Source of the DNA: Dehalococcoidales bacterium
GTDB taxonomy: Bacteria > Chloroflexota > Dehalococcoidia > Dehalococcoidales > RBG-16-60-22
Reading direction: 5' to 3'
Assembly (NCBI GenBank): GCA_050014355.1
Contig: JBEKDL010000006.1
Coordinates: 1,543-65,542, forward strand
Length of the DNA stretch: 64,000 nucleotides
The position numbers and the translations under genes were made by a program. Under the pieces are notes generated by a model, which searched no databases, was not told where the DNA came from, and saw only the letters and a list, made by a program, of their open reading frames with translations. This document shows positions 24,680-34,805 of the stretch, in pieces; position 1 is the first letter of the stretch, and every line of letters begins with the position of its first letter.

Positions 24680-27600
24680 TGTGGTTTTCCCCCTCGTGCA
24701 ATTATTTCACCTAGGTCATAGTTCACACTGGTAACACCAAAGTCAGGTTCTCGTCCGAAGGGATAACGGATATAGACTGGTTCATGGACTGACTTTCCAT
24801 CAACTAGGACAACAGCTAGGATGAATTCCTCGGGTTTGTTGAGACCTGTCAATATCTCATTCTTAGTCACTGTCACTGTCGTTGCTCGATAGTCGCGCCC
24901 TTTAACTTCGATGAAGAGCAATCGGCCACTGTCTCGGAACCCGGATTCAATATCATATCCAACCTTCTCCGCGGATACATCGACAGGTCGACGGTCTAGC
25001 AACCGCTCAATTTCCAGGACCTTACGCATTGCAAGTTGCTCAATGCGCTTAGTTTCCCGAGACTCTTCATCTCCTACACCAACCTTCTGACCGCGCAAAC
25101 GCTGCAATAAGCCTTCTGGCACAACGAGGGCGCCACCGATTATCACTGGGGGCACTGGATAAACATGTCGCTCTAACTCTAACTCATCCAGGCGCTTTTT
25201 AAGCCGAGCCTCTAATTCGTCAGCACGCTGGCGAGCTTTGCCTGAGTTAATTTTGGCATTGACCTTACCAGCTAACTCCTGCATTTTTAATTCATTGGCC
25301 CGGTAGTCCCAATAGTTAATCTCCTTAGTAAGACGGTCCTTCACTGCCGCTACGGTGTGGTCAACGACTTCCTCGCGCCGTCGGCGTACCTCCTCTAGGT
25401 GCCGTGGCACCACGCGCTCGATGGCGTACTGCATAATTTTGGACTCGAAATCTCCTTTGAGCCAAGCATCAGACAGTATGGGCAGTATGGATTCACGCTC
25501 CTCAGGACCTATCGAGCGATAGTCCAAATAGGGAGCATACCCAGCTGCACGAGTGTCGCCATTGCGGTCCACCTCAACGAATTGCATCTGCTGCGATACG
25601 ATCCGTTTTCGCCCATCAGGAAGCGTTCTGGCATCCTGCAATGAGTGCTCTAGGTAAAATAGTAAACGCGGATTGTCCGAAATATCAGTGGGGTCAACCA
25701 GAATAGCCCCCTCTTTCAGCAAATTGCGATACTTTTCCAGCATGAGATCAATTACAACATCCAGTAGCGGGTGTCCCGGACAGACAAGCTCTGCCAAGGG
25801 CTTACCTCGAATGGTTATTTGGTCCTTTTCGAAGCATACACGCTCATACTTCGCCATGAGTGGTTCACCGACACCCAACAATCGATCACGGCTTCGCATG
25901 ACTTGCGGTACATGCGTTACTTCATATCTTTTAGGTTCGCGTTCCCTTGCTGTCCCTCCAAAATGAGCAAAGGCTTCAAGAAAGAAAGCTCGTATAAAAT
26001 GCGGCTGAAGTTTTCGAGCGTCGGCTCTTTCCATATCTTCACGAATTCGCTGCACTTTGGCTGTATCCAGAGAGTCGTGTGCCAAAGCCCGATCTTCAAG
26101 GAGTTGTCGTAAATGGTCTCGGTCGAGCTCAGCGTCTACTACCTTGTTGTGCCTGCTCCTGACCTCCGGCTGGTCCCCGTAGCGGATTGCTTCAAGCAGA
26201 AGCTTACGCAGCTCATCACCCTCGAAAACGCGACCAAGAATGTCGAAGACTCCTCCGCCAAGCGCTTTTCGTTCTTCTTCGAGCTTTGTCAGAAGCCTGT
26301 GATATACCTCGCCTTCGCGTGTCTTGTATGCCACGAGACTCCACATGTGGCATACCTCTTCTTGGCCGATGCGATGAATACGTCCAAACCGCTGCTCAAG
26401 ACGATTTGGGTTCCAAGGCAGGTCGTAGTTGACCATTAGATGTGCCCTCTGGAGATTAATTCCTTCACCAGCGGCATCTGTGGCGACCAGCACAAAGACA
26501 TCTTTATTCTGAAGAAATGCTTCCTGGGTCTTGCGCCTGTCTTCACGACCCATGCTGCCATGAATGGTCACCACCGCCTCATGGCGCCCGACAAGGCCGC
26601 GGATCTTCTCCACTAGGTAATCCACAGTATCTCGGTGTTCACTGAAGATGATTAATTTTCTGATATTGCCACTAACATCAACTATTTCATGATTATTCTG
26701 GAGAAGATTGGAGAGTTGCTCCCATTTTTTATCTTTCCCTGAACGGCGTACAGTTGCTGCAAGTAGTTCAAGGGACTTCAAGGTCTCTATTTCTTTTTCT
26801 AGTTCAGCTACATTACGGGAGGCTGAAGCTTGTTCAACGATTTTATCTTCAAGGGACTCCAGTTCGCCGCTCGGGCGGTCATCCATCTCGTCCAGATCAT
26901 CTTCATCTAGGATGGGAAGGTCTTTGGGATCCTCTATTCGTGTCTGAAGCCCGTGCTTCATTATACGTTCCTCATTAAGGCGTTTTTCGAGTCTTTCACG
27001 TCGGCGTCTCAGCGACTCGTGTATGGCGGCAGGTGATGAAGCCAGACGACGTTGCAATGAGGTGAGGGCGAAGCCAACTCTATTGCCCCGACGGCCTTCA
27101 CCTTCAGCCATGAGACGGTCTACTCGGTTCATTTCCTCTTGGACGTAGGCTGTAACTCGGTTGTAAAGGTCATTCTCTTCATTTGAAAGCTCATAAGTCA
27201 CTGTATAAGCCCAACGTTCCGGGAATAGAGGAGTACCGTCAAACTTCACTAGCTGCTCTTTAACTAATCGACGCATAACATCTGAAGTATCGGCAATGTG
27301 TATGCCGTCGCGGAATTTTCCTTCGAATCTATCACTATCGAGGAGAGCCATAAAAAGCTGGAAGTCTTCCTCCTTACCATTATGAGGCGTGGCAGTAAGT
27401 AACAATAGATGCCTTGTTCGGTCAGGCGCTCCAAGCAGTTGTCCGAGCTTGTAGCGTTTGGTCTCCTTAATGTCGCTGCCAAAAAAGTGTGCTGACATTT
27501 TGTGTGCTTCGTCTACAATCACGAGGTCCCATTCTGTCTGACGGAGCTTCGCTTGAATGCTTTCATTCCGACTCATGTGGTCCAGCCGGCTTATTACCAA

Positions 27601-28200
27601 GTTGGCTTCATTGTAGGGATTGCCACTCTTTGAGTCCTCGATCGTCTGGTTAGAAATTATCTTAAAATCAAGACCGAATCGGCGCCACATTTCGTCTTGC
27701 CATTGGTCAACTAAGTTCCCAGGGCAGCAAATAAGACATCGGCGGACATCACCGCGGATAGCTAATTCCTTTATGAAAAGACCCGCCATAATAGTTTTTC
27801 CAGCTCCAGGGTCATCGGCTAGAAGAAAGCGCAATGGTTGTCTAGGAAGCATCGTTTCATAAACAGCGGTTATCTGATGAGGTAGAGGGTCAACAACAGA
27901 AGTATGCACGGCCAGAACCGGGTCAAAAAGATGTGCTAAGCGAATACGGTACGCTTCCGAAACTAGACGAAAAATGCCACCTTCGACGTCAAAGCTCCAT
28001 ACCCGAGTAGCTTCGATAGTCTCTAAAGATGCTTCGCGGTCGCGAAACATCAGTTGATTGCCAAGGTTTCCAGAAGAGTCTTTGTAAGTTAACTCCACTA
28101 CGTTTGGGCCGTGCCACTGTGCGCTGACTACAGTTACCGGTCCACTAGGCGTAACTCCTTTTACGAGGGTACCTTGCTTCAAGTCTTCTAGTCGAGCCAT
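24676..28200 (-). CDS. SNF2-family helicase with C-terminal DUF3883 (PD-(D/E)XK-like) domain
   Basis: 1174 aa. DDPGAGKT, VIVDEAHK, LLLTATPHNG, FGRIHRIGQ. C-terminal GYDIESGF...LLFIEVKG. ATGA overlap with the methylase gene. Confidence 0.9.
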   Translation of the reverse strand: MARLEDLKQGTLVKGVTPSGPVTVVSAQWHGPNVVELTYKDSSGNLGNQLMFRDREASLETIEATRVWSFDVEGGIFRLVSEAYRIRLAHLFDPVLAVHTSVVDPLPHQITAVYETMLPRQPLRFLLADDPGAGKTIMAGLFIKELAIRGDVRRCLICCPGNLVDQWQDEMWRRFGLDFKIISNQTIEDSKSGNPYNEANLVISRLDHMSRNESIQAKLRQTEWDLVIVDEAHKMSAHFFGSDIKETKRYKLGQLLGAPDRTRHLLLLTATPHNGKEEDFQLFMALLDSDRFEGKFRDGIHIADTSDVMRRLVKEQLVKFDGTPLFPERWAYTVTYELSNEENDLYNRVTAYVQEEMNRVDRLMAEGEGRRGNRVGFALTSLQRRLASSPAAIHESLRRRRERLEKRLNEERIMKHGLQTRIEDPKDLPILDEDDLDEMDDRPSGELESLEDKIVEQASASRNVAELEKEIETLKSLELLAATVRRSGKDKKWEQLSNLLQNNHEIVDVSGNIRKLIIFSEHRDTVDYLVEKIRGLVGRHEAVVTIHGSMGREDRRKTQEAFLQNKDVFVLVATDAAGEGINLQRAHLMVNYDLPWNPNRLEQRFGRIHRIGQEEVCHMWSLVAYKTREGEVYHRLLTKLEEERKALGGGVFDILGRVFEGDELRKLLLEAIRYGDQPEVRSRHNKVVDAELDRDHLRQLLEDRALAHDSLDTAKVQRIREDMERADARKLQPHFIRAFFLEAFAHFGGTAREREPKRYEVTHVPQVMRSRDRLLGVGEPLMAKYERVCFEKDQITIRGKPLAELVCPGHPLLDVVIDLMLEKYRNLLKEGAILVDPTDISDNPRLLFYLEHSLQDARTLPDGRKRIVSQQMQFVEVDRNGDTRAAGYAPYLDYRSIGPEERESILPILSDAWLKGDFESKIMQYAIERVVPRHLEEVRRRREEVVDHTVAAVKDRLTKEINYWDYRANELKMQELAGKVNAKINSGKARQRADELEARLKKRLDELELERHVYPVPPVIIGGALVVPEGLLQRLRGQKVGVGDEESRETKRIEQLAMRKVLEIERLLDRRPVDVSAEKVGYDIESGFRDSGRLLFIEVKGRDYRATTVTVTKNEILTGLNKPEEFILAVVLVDGKSVHEPVYIRYPFGREPDFGVTSVNYDLGEIIARGGKPQ

Positions 28201-28212
28201 TCTGTACCTCCT

Positions 28213-28446
28213 TTAACGCCTATCGACAGCATTATCTACGGGAAATGCCTTCGAAGATGGCCTACCTCTGCGCCCTTTATATCCTCTCGCAAATGAGTGA
28301 AGTGTATCGCTTCGGATGAGCCAAGTGTTATGGATCTTTTTCGCCACTAATCTACTTTCTCTACATAATCTTTTCACCGTTCCGGGATGAACCCCTAGTA
28401 CCTGGGCAGCCTCAACCACACTCAAGTAATCATCTAATATAGGCAT
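28213..28446 (-). CDS. excisionase-family (MerR-type) helix-turn-helix protein
   Basis: 77 aa. LSVVEAAQVLGVHPGTVKRLCRESRLVAKKIHNTWLIRSDTL. Ends 12 nt upstream of the helicase start. Confidence 0.75.
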   Translation of the reverse strand: MPILDDYLSVVEAAQVLGVHPGTVKRLCRESRLVAKKIHNTWLIRSDTLHSFARGYKGRRGRPSSKAFPVDNAVDRR

Positions 28447-28866
28447 TAAATATCCTTCTAGACCAATATTATTCCGATGTCGTTATATTATTCCCCTAGG
28501 CTCTGGGAAAGTCAAGGTTCATCTCTTTGGTTCGGATAAACAAACTATCTGGTTGAAGGTCAATGCCAGACAAATGATAAAGATGGCTGGCAATAAACCT
28601 ACAGCACCGGAATCGGCAGCCTAAGAAAGAAAAGGAGAAAAGAGAACCAGAAAAGAGACCCCCCTACCTCCTCTAAAGACGAATATATATACAGAGGAAG
28701 AGAAAGAGAAACGCTGTGACGTATGTTATAGATTAGCTAACAAATAGCTAACAGACTGGATTACATGGGTTATCACAATTTAGTACTCCACGCTCAGAAA
28801 CGGCTGCTTGCACCAGACAAATTTGTACTTATTTGAGCTTAACAGCATCACATGATACAATGAGAC

Positions 28867-28916
28867 ACAGTTTCGTAAACCGCTTGTCGTAGGTTCGATT
28901 CCTATCGCTGGCTCCA
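28867..28916 (+). repeat. att-like direct repeat copy 1: tRNA 3' segment (positions 27-76, anticodon CGU)
   Basis: ACAGT-TTCGTAA-ACCGC-TTGTC-GTAGG-TTCGATT-CCTAT-CGCTGGC-T-CCA. Identical to 36695-36744. Weaker similarity extends back to about 28848. Confidence 0.7.
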
Positions 28917-29002
28917 GTTCTTGAAGCTAAAATCCACTGAAATGGCGAGAGCGTTTTGGCGGATTTTTTATTTTTGCTAATCTTTTGCTAATCTATGTGA
29001 AT

Positions 29003-29413
29003 TTAGGGACAGTTTAAAGATGCTGACAATGTGTAGCCAATATTACCTAAATATTCGGCATGTACGTTTAATTTGTTATTTCCCGGCGTTTTATAAGGTA
29101 AATAAAAAGTAACTAAAGCTTCTTGATTAACGTTGAGTGAAAAAGGCTGAGTTTCTTGAGATACTAATATTCTACCGTCATCAGAACGAATATCAGCAAA
29201 TGTTTTTATGTTATCCACTTGAGTTGAGCCGATATTTTTTATATACGCCCTAATTCTATAGACACGACCGGCTCTGAAGTCATCGATCGTATAGGTAATA
29301 GCAGGAAGAGGGTTTAAAGGAACGATAAAAAAATCATTTGGGTCATATATATTTGGAATATGACCAATTGCTAGGTCAACATTTGGAATCACAGCGGCGA
29401 AGTGAGAGAACAA
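29003..29413 (-). CDS. hypothetical Ig-like (CARDB-like?) protein, probably 5'-truncated
   Basis: 136 aa, AT-rich, no signal peptide. Beta-rich YIKNIGSTQVDNI...NKLNVHAEY. Its 5' end collides with the recombinase remnant. Confidence 0.35.
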   Translation of the reverse strand: MFSHFAAVIPNVDLAIGHIPNIYDPNDFFIVPLNPLPAITYTIDDFRAGRVYRIRAYIKNIGSTQVDNIKTFADIRSDDGRILVSQETQPFSLNVNQEALVTFYLPYKTPGNNKLNVHAEYLGNIGYTLSASLNCP

Positions 29414-29547
29414 AGGCGGGGTTAGAACGGTTCCGGGCTATCGGTAAGAAGTTGGGGCGGCCCCCCGGCAGTAAGGACAAAAGGCGCCGGCAAAAAAGGG
29501 TCGCTCGGATTCACGAACGATACTTCACGCCTACCGGCATTTATTGA
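29389..29547 (+). pseudogene. serine recombinase (resolvase/invertase) C-terminal remnant
   Basis: SERTKAGLERFRAIGKKLGRPPGSKDK matches the resolvase linker/HTH entry. The catalytic N-terminal domain is absent. Confidence 0.6.
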
Positions 29548-30029
29548 AAAAGGAACCTTTTTATTCCCTATTGACCATCCGCTAAATTGTTACTTTCGGC
29601 AGTGCCCGCACAACGCGCTGGGTATGCCCCCAAAAAAGATGGGAGTGCAAAAATTCAGAAAGTATCGGACTCTACGGGGGCAAAAAGAAGGAGTCCAGTT
29701 GAGACCAATGGCGGAAGTTTGTAAACCAGAAATTAAGCTTCTTGACATCGTTAGTCTGGCAGGAGTAAAGTTATCATGTTTTAATGCACGGTTCGGGTTA
29801 TCCGGTACGGTACTTCACAGAGGAGGATAAACGGTCTCACAATTCGGATTTGCGATAATGCGGTGGGACACCGTTTTGTCGCTTCCGTCTCGATCCTCAG
29901 CGGAGAACAGGATGATGACCCTTGGTTGAGATCAATTGTGGTACATTCTTCTAGAGGCGAGACTATTGCACTGCAAACGAAAAGAGCGGTATAGGTTACT
30001 CGTTTCCTATATGATTAACGGAGCCGCTG

Positions 30030-30761
30030 GTGGACGGTAAATCCTTCAATTTATCACTGGTGCTACCCTTCTACAATGAGGAGGAGAATATCAGAGACGT
30101 GGTTAATGGGCTGTCAGTTGCTTGTGAGAAGGCCCATATTGCCTACGAGTTAGTGCTGGTGAATAATGGCTCGGTGGATGACTCTGCCTCGATATTAGGT
30201 GACTTAGCCAAAGAAAAACCTGATAGAATAAGAGTTATCAACATTCCCTCTAATCAGGGCTATGGGTGGGGAATCATTAACGGATTCAATAATGCTTCTG
30301 GTGAGTATGTAGGATTTATGTCCGGCGATGGTCAGACAAGCCCCGAAGATATGTTAAGGGTATTCCACGGCATGTCGGAGAACTTTGATATAGTCAAGGC
30401 GAAAAGAACTGTACGGAACGATGGAATAGCCCGTAAGATTTTATCCAAAGTCTGTAACTTCCTGTTCCTGGCATTATTCAACGTGAATACGTCAGATGTG
30501 AACGGTAGCCCGAAGATTCTTAAGAACGAACTGCTACGCAAGATTGCTCCCACATCCAAGGACTGGTTCATCGATGCTGAAATAGTTATCAAGGCCATGT
30601 ATCTGAATCTTAAGCTCAAGGAGGTACCTGTGGAGTTCTTACGCCGAGAAAAAGGGAGGTCCCACGTGAAGTTCTCCACGATTTTTGAGTTTGCGAAGAA
30701 TATGTGGAATTATAGATTCGGCAGAGGATTTGAAGAATGGAAACAAGCGATTCAAAAGTAG
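30030..30761 (+). CDS. family 2 glycosyltransferase (polyprenyl-phosphate sugar synthase, GtrB/ArnC-like)
   Basis: LSLVLPFYNEEENI...ELVLVNNGSVDDS...GDGQ. 243 aa, GTG start. Confidence 0.85.
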   Translation: MDGKSFNLSLVLPFYNEEENIRDVVNGLSVACEKAHIAYELVLVNNGSVDDSASILGDLAKEKPDRIRVINIPSNQGYGWGIINGFNNASGEYVGFMSGDGQTSPEDMLRVFHGMSENFDIVKAKRTVRNDGIARKILSKVCNFLFLALFNVNTSDVNGSPKILKNELLRKIAPTSKDWFIDAEIVIKAMYLNLKLKEVPVEFLRREKGRSHVKFSTIFEFAKNMWNYRFGRGFEEWKQAIQK

Positions 30762-31534
30762 TGATCCTTTGTGGCGGAAGAGGGGTCAGGTTTCATGAAG
30801 CGACAGAGCTTAGACCTAAGCCTCTCATAGAGATAGGGGGAAGACCCATACTCTGGCACATAATGAAGACTTATGGCTATTATGGGCACCAAGACTTCAT
30901 ACTATGCTTGGGCTACAGAGGCGAGATGATAAAAAGACATTTTCTTGATTACGAGCTTATGAATTGTGACTTTACGGTCCAGTTGGGTCGAAAGAAGAAG
31001 ATTGAGCTCCACAACACATGTCAGGAACAGGGATGGAAGGTTACCTTAGCCGAGACCGGCATAAATGCTATGACTGGCGCTCGGATCAAACGCATCGAAA
31101 AGTATGTTGATTCTGACTTGTTTCTACTGACTTATGGGGATGCTGTCACCAATCTTAATATTTCTAACCTGGTTGATTTTCATCACTCCCATAAGAAAAT
31201 TGGGACAATCACTGCGGTGAGCTCTCTATCAAGATTTGGTGACCTCAAGATAGGTCGAGGCAATTTGGTTGAAGAGTTTAGGGAAAAGGCTCCCATCCAT
31301 GGTAGCTACATCAACGGAGGTTTCTTTGTCTTTGACCGAAGATTATTTGACTATGTGGACGATGATGATAGTTGTAGTTTCGAGCGGCAACCATTGGAAC
31401 GACTTGCGAAGGACGGGCAACTAGCTGCTTACGTTCACGACGGTTACTGGCAGTGCATGGATACTTACCGTGATTGGGAAATCCTTGAGCAAGCTTGGAA
31501 TACCAACAATCCACCGTGGAAAGTCTGGGGATGA
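30737..31534 (+). CDS. rfbF: glucose-1-phosphate cytidylyltransferase
   Basis: [37 protein letters not shown], 265 aa. Confidence 0.9.
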   Translation: METSDSKVVILCGGRGVRFHEATELRPKPLIEIGGRPILWHIMKTYGYYGHQDFILCLGYRGEMIKRHFLDYELMNCDFTVQLGRKKKIELHNTCQEQGWKVTLAETGINAMTGARIKRIEKYVDSDLFLLTYGDAVTNLNISNLVDFHHSHKKIGTITAVSSLSRFGDLKIGRGNLVEEFREKAPIHGSYINGGFFVFDRRLFDYVDDDDSCSFERQPLERLAKDGQLAAYVHDGYWQCMDTYRDWEILEQAWNTNNPPWKVWG

Positions 31535-32529
31535 GCACGATGAAGGATTTTTGGCGAGACCGGAAGGTGTTCATCACCGGTTGTACGGGACTGCTTGGGT
31601 CTTGGTTGACCCAGACCCTGGTGGAGAGAAACGCCGAGGTTGTCGGACTGGTTCGAGACCTAGTCCCTAAGTCCAATCTCAATTGGAGCGGATTTAGCGA
31701 CAAAATTAATATCGTTCGCGGCGAACTGGAGGATTATCCCACCCTGGAGCGAGCACTCAACGAGTATGAAATAGACACCGTTTTTCACCTGGGTGCCCAA
31801 ACAATCGTCGGCATCGCCAACAGGAACCCTCTAAGCACCTTCGAATCTAACATAAGAGGGACGTGGAATTTACTGGAAGCCTGCCGGCGAACCAGCACTA
31901 TCTCAAGGGTTTTGGTTGCCTCTAGCGATAAAGCGTATGGTGAACATGAAGAACTCCCCTATAATGAGACGTTTGCTCTTAAAGGCAGTCACCCCTATGA
32001 CGTTTCCAAAAGCTGTGTGGACCTAATCTCCACTGCCTACTATAAGACCTATGGTTTGCCAATCGGCATTGCGAGGTGTGGTAATTTCTATGGAGGCGGT
32101 GACCTGAATTTCAATCGTATCATCCCCGGGACGATAAGAGCCGTATTTAATAACGAGAGGCCTGTAATTCGTAGCGATGGGACTTTCATTCGCGATTATA
32201 TTTTCGTATTGGATGCGGTGGAGGCATACTCACTACTGGCTGAACGCATGGACAACAAGAACATACATGGCGAGGCCTTCAATTTTAGTAATGAAATGCG
32301 AATGACTGTTATCGAGATTGTGCAAAAGATATTGCGGTTAATGAACCGGGAAGACCTAGAACCGACGATATTAAACACGGTGAAGGGTGAGATAAAGCAT
32401 CAATATCTCACTACTCAAAAAGCCGGGATGATTTTGGGCTGGAAACCCAAGTACGAACTAGAAGAAGGTCTCTTGGAGACTATCAAGTGGTACCAAGAGT
32501 TTTTTGAGGGGCAGAACAAGACTAGATGA
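31531..32529 (+). CDS. rfbG: CDP-glucose 4,6-dehydratase
   Basis: [25 protein letters not shown] catalytic pair. ATGA overlap with rfbF, so the start is taken at 31531. Confidence 0.9.
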   Translation: MSTMKDFWRDRKVFITGCTGLLGSWLTQTLVERNAEVVGLVRDLVPKSNLNWSGFSDKINIVRGELEDYPTLERALNEYEIDTVFHLGAQTIVGIANRNPLSTFESNIRGTWNLLEACRRTSTISRVLVASSDKAYGEHEELPYNETFALKGSHPYDVSKSCVDLISTAYYKTYGLPIGIARCGNFYGGGDLNFNRIIPGTIRAVFNNERPVIRSDGTFIRDYIFVLDAVEAYSLLAERMDNKNIHGEAFNFSNEMRMTVIEIVQKILRLMNREDLEPTILNTVKGEIKHQYLTTQKAGMILGWKPKYELEEGLLETIKWYQEFFEGQNKTR

Positions 32530-33524
32530 TTGCAGCACTAAACAATACAGTGGTGTTTGTTACGGGAGTTTCCGGTTTCATCGGCTCACACCTAGCCCGA
32601 AGGCTGGTTGCGGAGGGGGCCAAAGTGCATGGGCTGGTTAGAAAGAGCTCTAACTTATGGCGAATCCAAGACTTTAGAGACCAGATTGAATTTCACTATG
32701 CTGACCTAAGAGATTTTGAATCAGTGAAAAAAGCAGTTCAAGATATCAGCCCACAGAAAATATTCCATCTCTCTGCGTACGTCGATGTTGATCGCTCCCC
32801 GGCGCTCATGGCGGAAATGGTCGAAGTTAACGTCAAAGGAACTCTAAATTTGTTACAGGCTCTGGGTGGAATTCCTTACGACTGTTTCGTAAACACAGGA
32901 GCTTCTGAGGAATATGGAGACAACCCAGTTCCATTTCGAGAAAGCCAAATGCCAAATCCAGTCTCTCCCTATTCAGCATCAAAGGTGGCTACCACTATGT
33001 TTTGCCAGATGCTTCATAAGACGCAAGGATTACCGATTGTTACTTTGAGACCTTTCTTGACCTACGGTCCAAGACAGGAGAGCCGCATGCTCATTCCCTC
33101 GCTAATTCAGCAGACGCTTCGCAGTGAGGCCTTTGAAATGACCGGGGGAGAACAGACCAGAGAATTCAACTATATCGATGATATCGTCGACGGTTTTGTG
33201 CGGGCTTCCGTTACCCCCGGAGCTATTGGCGAAATAATAAACATTGGGAATGGCTTGGAGCATAAAGTCAAGGATGTGGTAGAGGCAGTTTTGAGCCTGA
33301 TGAACAGTTCCGTAAAACCGAAGATAGGAGCTTTAAATTATCGCCCCGGGGAAGCCTGGCATTTTTACTGTGACAATACCAAAGCGAGGCGAATTCTGGG
33401 CTGGGAACCCAGGGTCAATTTAGGCGATGGCCTAAAAAAGACCATCGATTGGTACCGGGAATACTATCTGAAGAATAATCAGGATGTAGCCAAAATGGGA
33501 GAGCGGAGTGCCCACCACGGTTAG
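32526..33524 (+). CDS. NAD-dependent sugar epimerase/dehydratase (SDR extended family)
   Basis: [23 protein letters not shown] overlap with rfbG. Confidence 0.85.
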   Translation: MIAALNNTVVFVTGVSGFIGSHLARRLVAEGAKVHGLVRKSSNLWRIQDFRDQIEFHYADLRDFESVKKAVQDISPQKIFHLSAYVDVDRSPALMAEMVEVNVKGTLNLLQALGGIPYDCFVNTGASEEYGDNPVPFRESQMPNPVSPYSASKVATTMFCQMLHKTQGLPIVTLRPFLTYGPRQESRMLIPSLIQQTLRSEAFEMTGGEQTREFNYIDDIVDGFVRASVTPGAIGEIINIGNGLEHKVKDVVEAVLSLMNSSVKPKIGALNYRPGEAWHFYCDNTKARRILGWEPRVNLGDGLKKTIDWYREYYLKNNQDVAKMGERSAHHG

Positions 33525-33544
33525 TTTATCTCGTCGGAACTGCA

Positions 33545-34210
33545 ATGACTTATGATTTTTCGGCTCACAGTAAGGAATACGAGAGGACTATCGGTAAGTC
33601 TCACAAGTACTTCATCCAGGTTAAATGCAGCGAGTTGCTGAAGATGCTGGCAAGATATGGGCTTACTCCCGAGAGAGTCTTGGATCTAGGCTGCGGCACG
33701 GGAGAAGCAGAGCAGATTTTATGCAAATACTTTGGTAACATTACTGGCATCGACCTGTCGGAAGGCATGATTAGTGAGGCAAAAAAGAAGGGTTTGGTAA
33801 ATTGCGAATTCCGACAGGCAAATGCGACAAAGCTTCCATTTACAGGCGAGCATTTTGACCTGGTCTTTTCGTTTTCATTATTTCATCATATAGCGAAAAA
33901 CCAATTGGAGCAGTCAATAAACGAGGCGGTAAGAGTAACCAGAAAATCGGCAATTATACTGGTCTTTGAGCATAACCCCCGAAATCCAATAACTAAACTC
34001 GTGGTGGAGAGGTCGCCGATTGACAAGGGTATTATATTGTTAAATGCCAGTAGTATAGAAGAATTGTACCGAAAATCTAATGTAGAAATACTGGAAAAGA
34101 GATATATCGTTTTCTTGCCCAGGTTAATGTCCTTTTTACGTCCGTTGGAAGGCCTGCTACACAAAGTACCTTATGGTGGTCAATATTGCGTTGCGGGGCG
34201 GGTCACTTGA
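33545..34210 (+). CDS. class I SAM-dependent methyltransferase
   Basis: VLDLGCGTGEA motif I. 221 aa. Confidence 0.8.
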   Translation: MTYDFSAHSKEYERTIGKSHKYFIQVKCSELLKMLARYGLTPERVLDLGCGTGEAEQILCKYFGNITGIDLSEGMISEAKKKGLVNCEFRQANATKLPFTGEHFDLVFSFSLFHHIAKNQLEQSINEAVRVTRKSAIILVFEHNPRNPITKLVVERSPIDKGIILLNASSIEELYRKSNVEILEKRYIVFLPRLMSFLRPLEGLLHKVPYGGQYCVAGRVT

Positions 34211-34248
34211 GTAAGCAGAGAGTTAACCCCAGGTTACAGAGGAGTAAC

Positions 34249-34623
34249 ATGTTTGGTCTAATATTAGTGTCCATCTGTATCGTTTGTGCCGTGGTGGGGC
34301 AAATTGCCATGAAGAGTGGCATGGGTGATATTGGCGAGATAAGCAATATGAGACAGTTGCTGAATTCTCATACCCTTTTCCTTATCTTCACAAACATCCG
34401 CATTCTGATAGGCTTACTGTTCTATGCGGTGTCGGCTGTGTTATGGTTAGCCGCCTTATCGACGCTGAATGTCAGCTTTATGTACCCCTTATTGAGTCTG
34501 GCTTACGTAGTGACAGCAATATTGGCGTTTGTTTTCCTAAAGGAAAAGATAACTCCATTCGGCTGGCTGGGAATTATCCTTGTGGTAGGTGGCTGCTTCC
34601 TGATACTCAAGGCAGGCCGTTAG
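34249..34623 (+). CDS. small EamA/SMR-like membrane protein (ArnE/F-like flippase subunit candidate)
   Basis: 124 aa from the ATG after GAGGAG. Four predicted TM helices. GQIAMKSGM...LKEKITPFGWLGIILVVGG. Confidence 0.65.
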   Translation: MFGLILVSICIVCAVVGQIAMKSGMGDIGEISNMRQLLNSHTLFLIFTNIRILIGLLFYAVSAVLWLAALSTLNVSFMYPLLSLAYVVTAILAFVFLKEKITPFGWLGIILVVGGCFLILKAGR

Positions 34624-34805
34624 TATGCCAAATGTTAGTAGGGGGCCGTGTTTTGTTAAACGCGTGACTATCTCAGGTACCTGATTTTTCTGCGAATCTC
34701 AGGTGCTTAGAAGTAAGAACAGGTACAATTATTGGGGCGGGTCACTGGGGCAGGCGTTGTCCTGATTTGCTTGGGGTTATTCTGGGTACTGCGAAGTTAA
34801 TAAAT

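Noticed and set aside
29624-29830. 68-aa plus-strand ORF in the gap before the GT2 gene.
   Set aside because: Basic, low-complexity peptide with no RBS. The region is more likely a leader/promoter region for the glycan operon.
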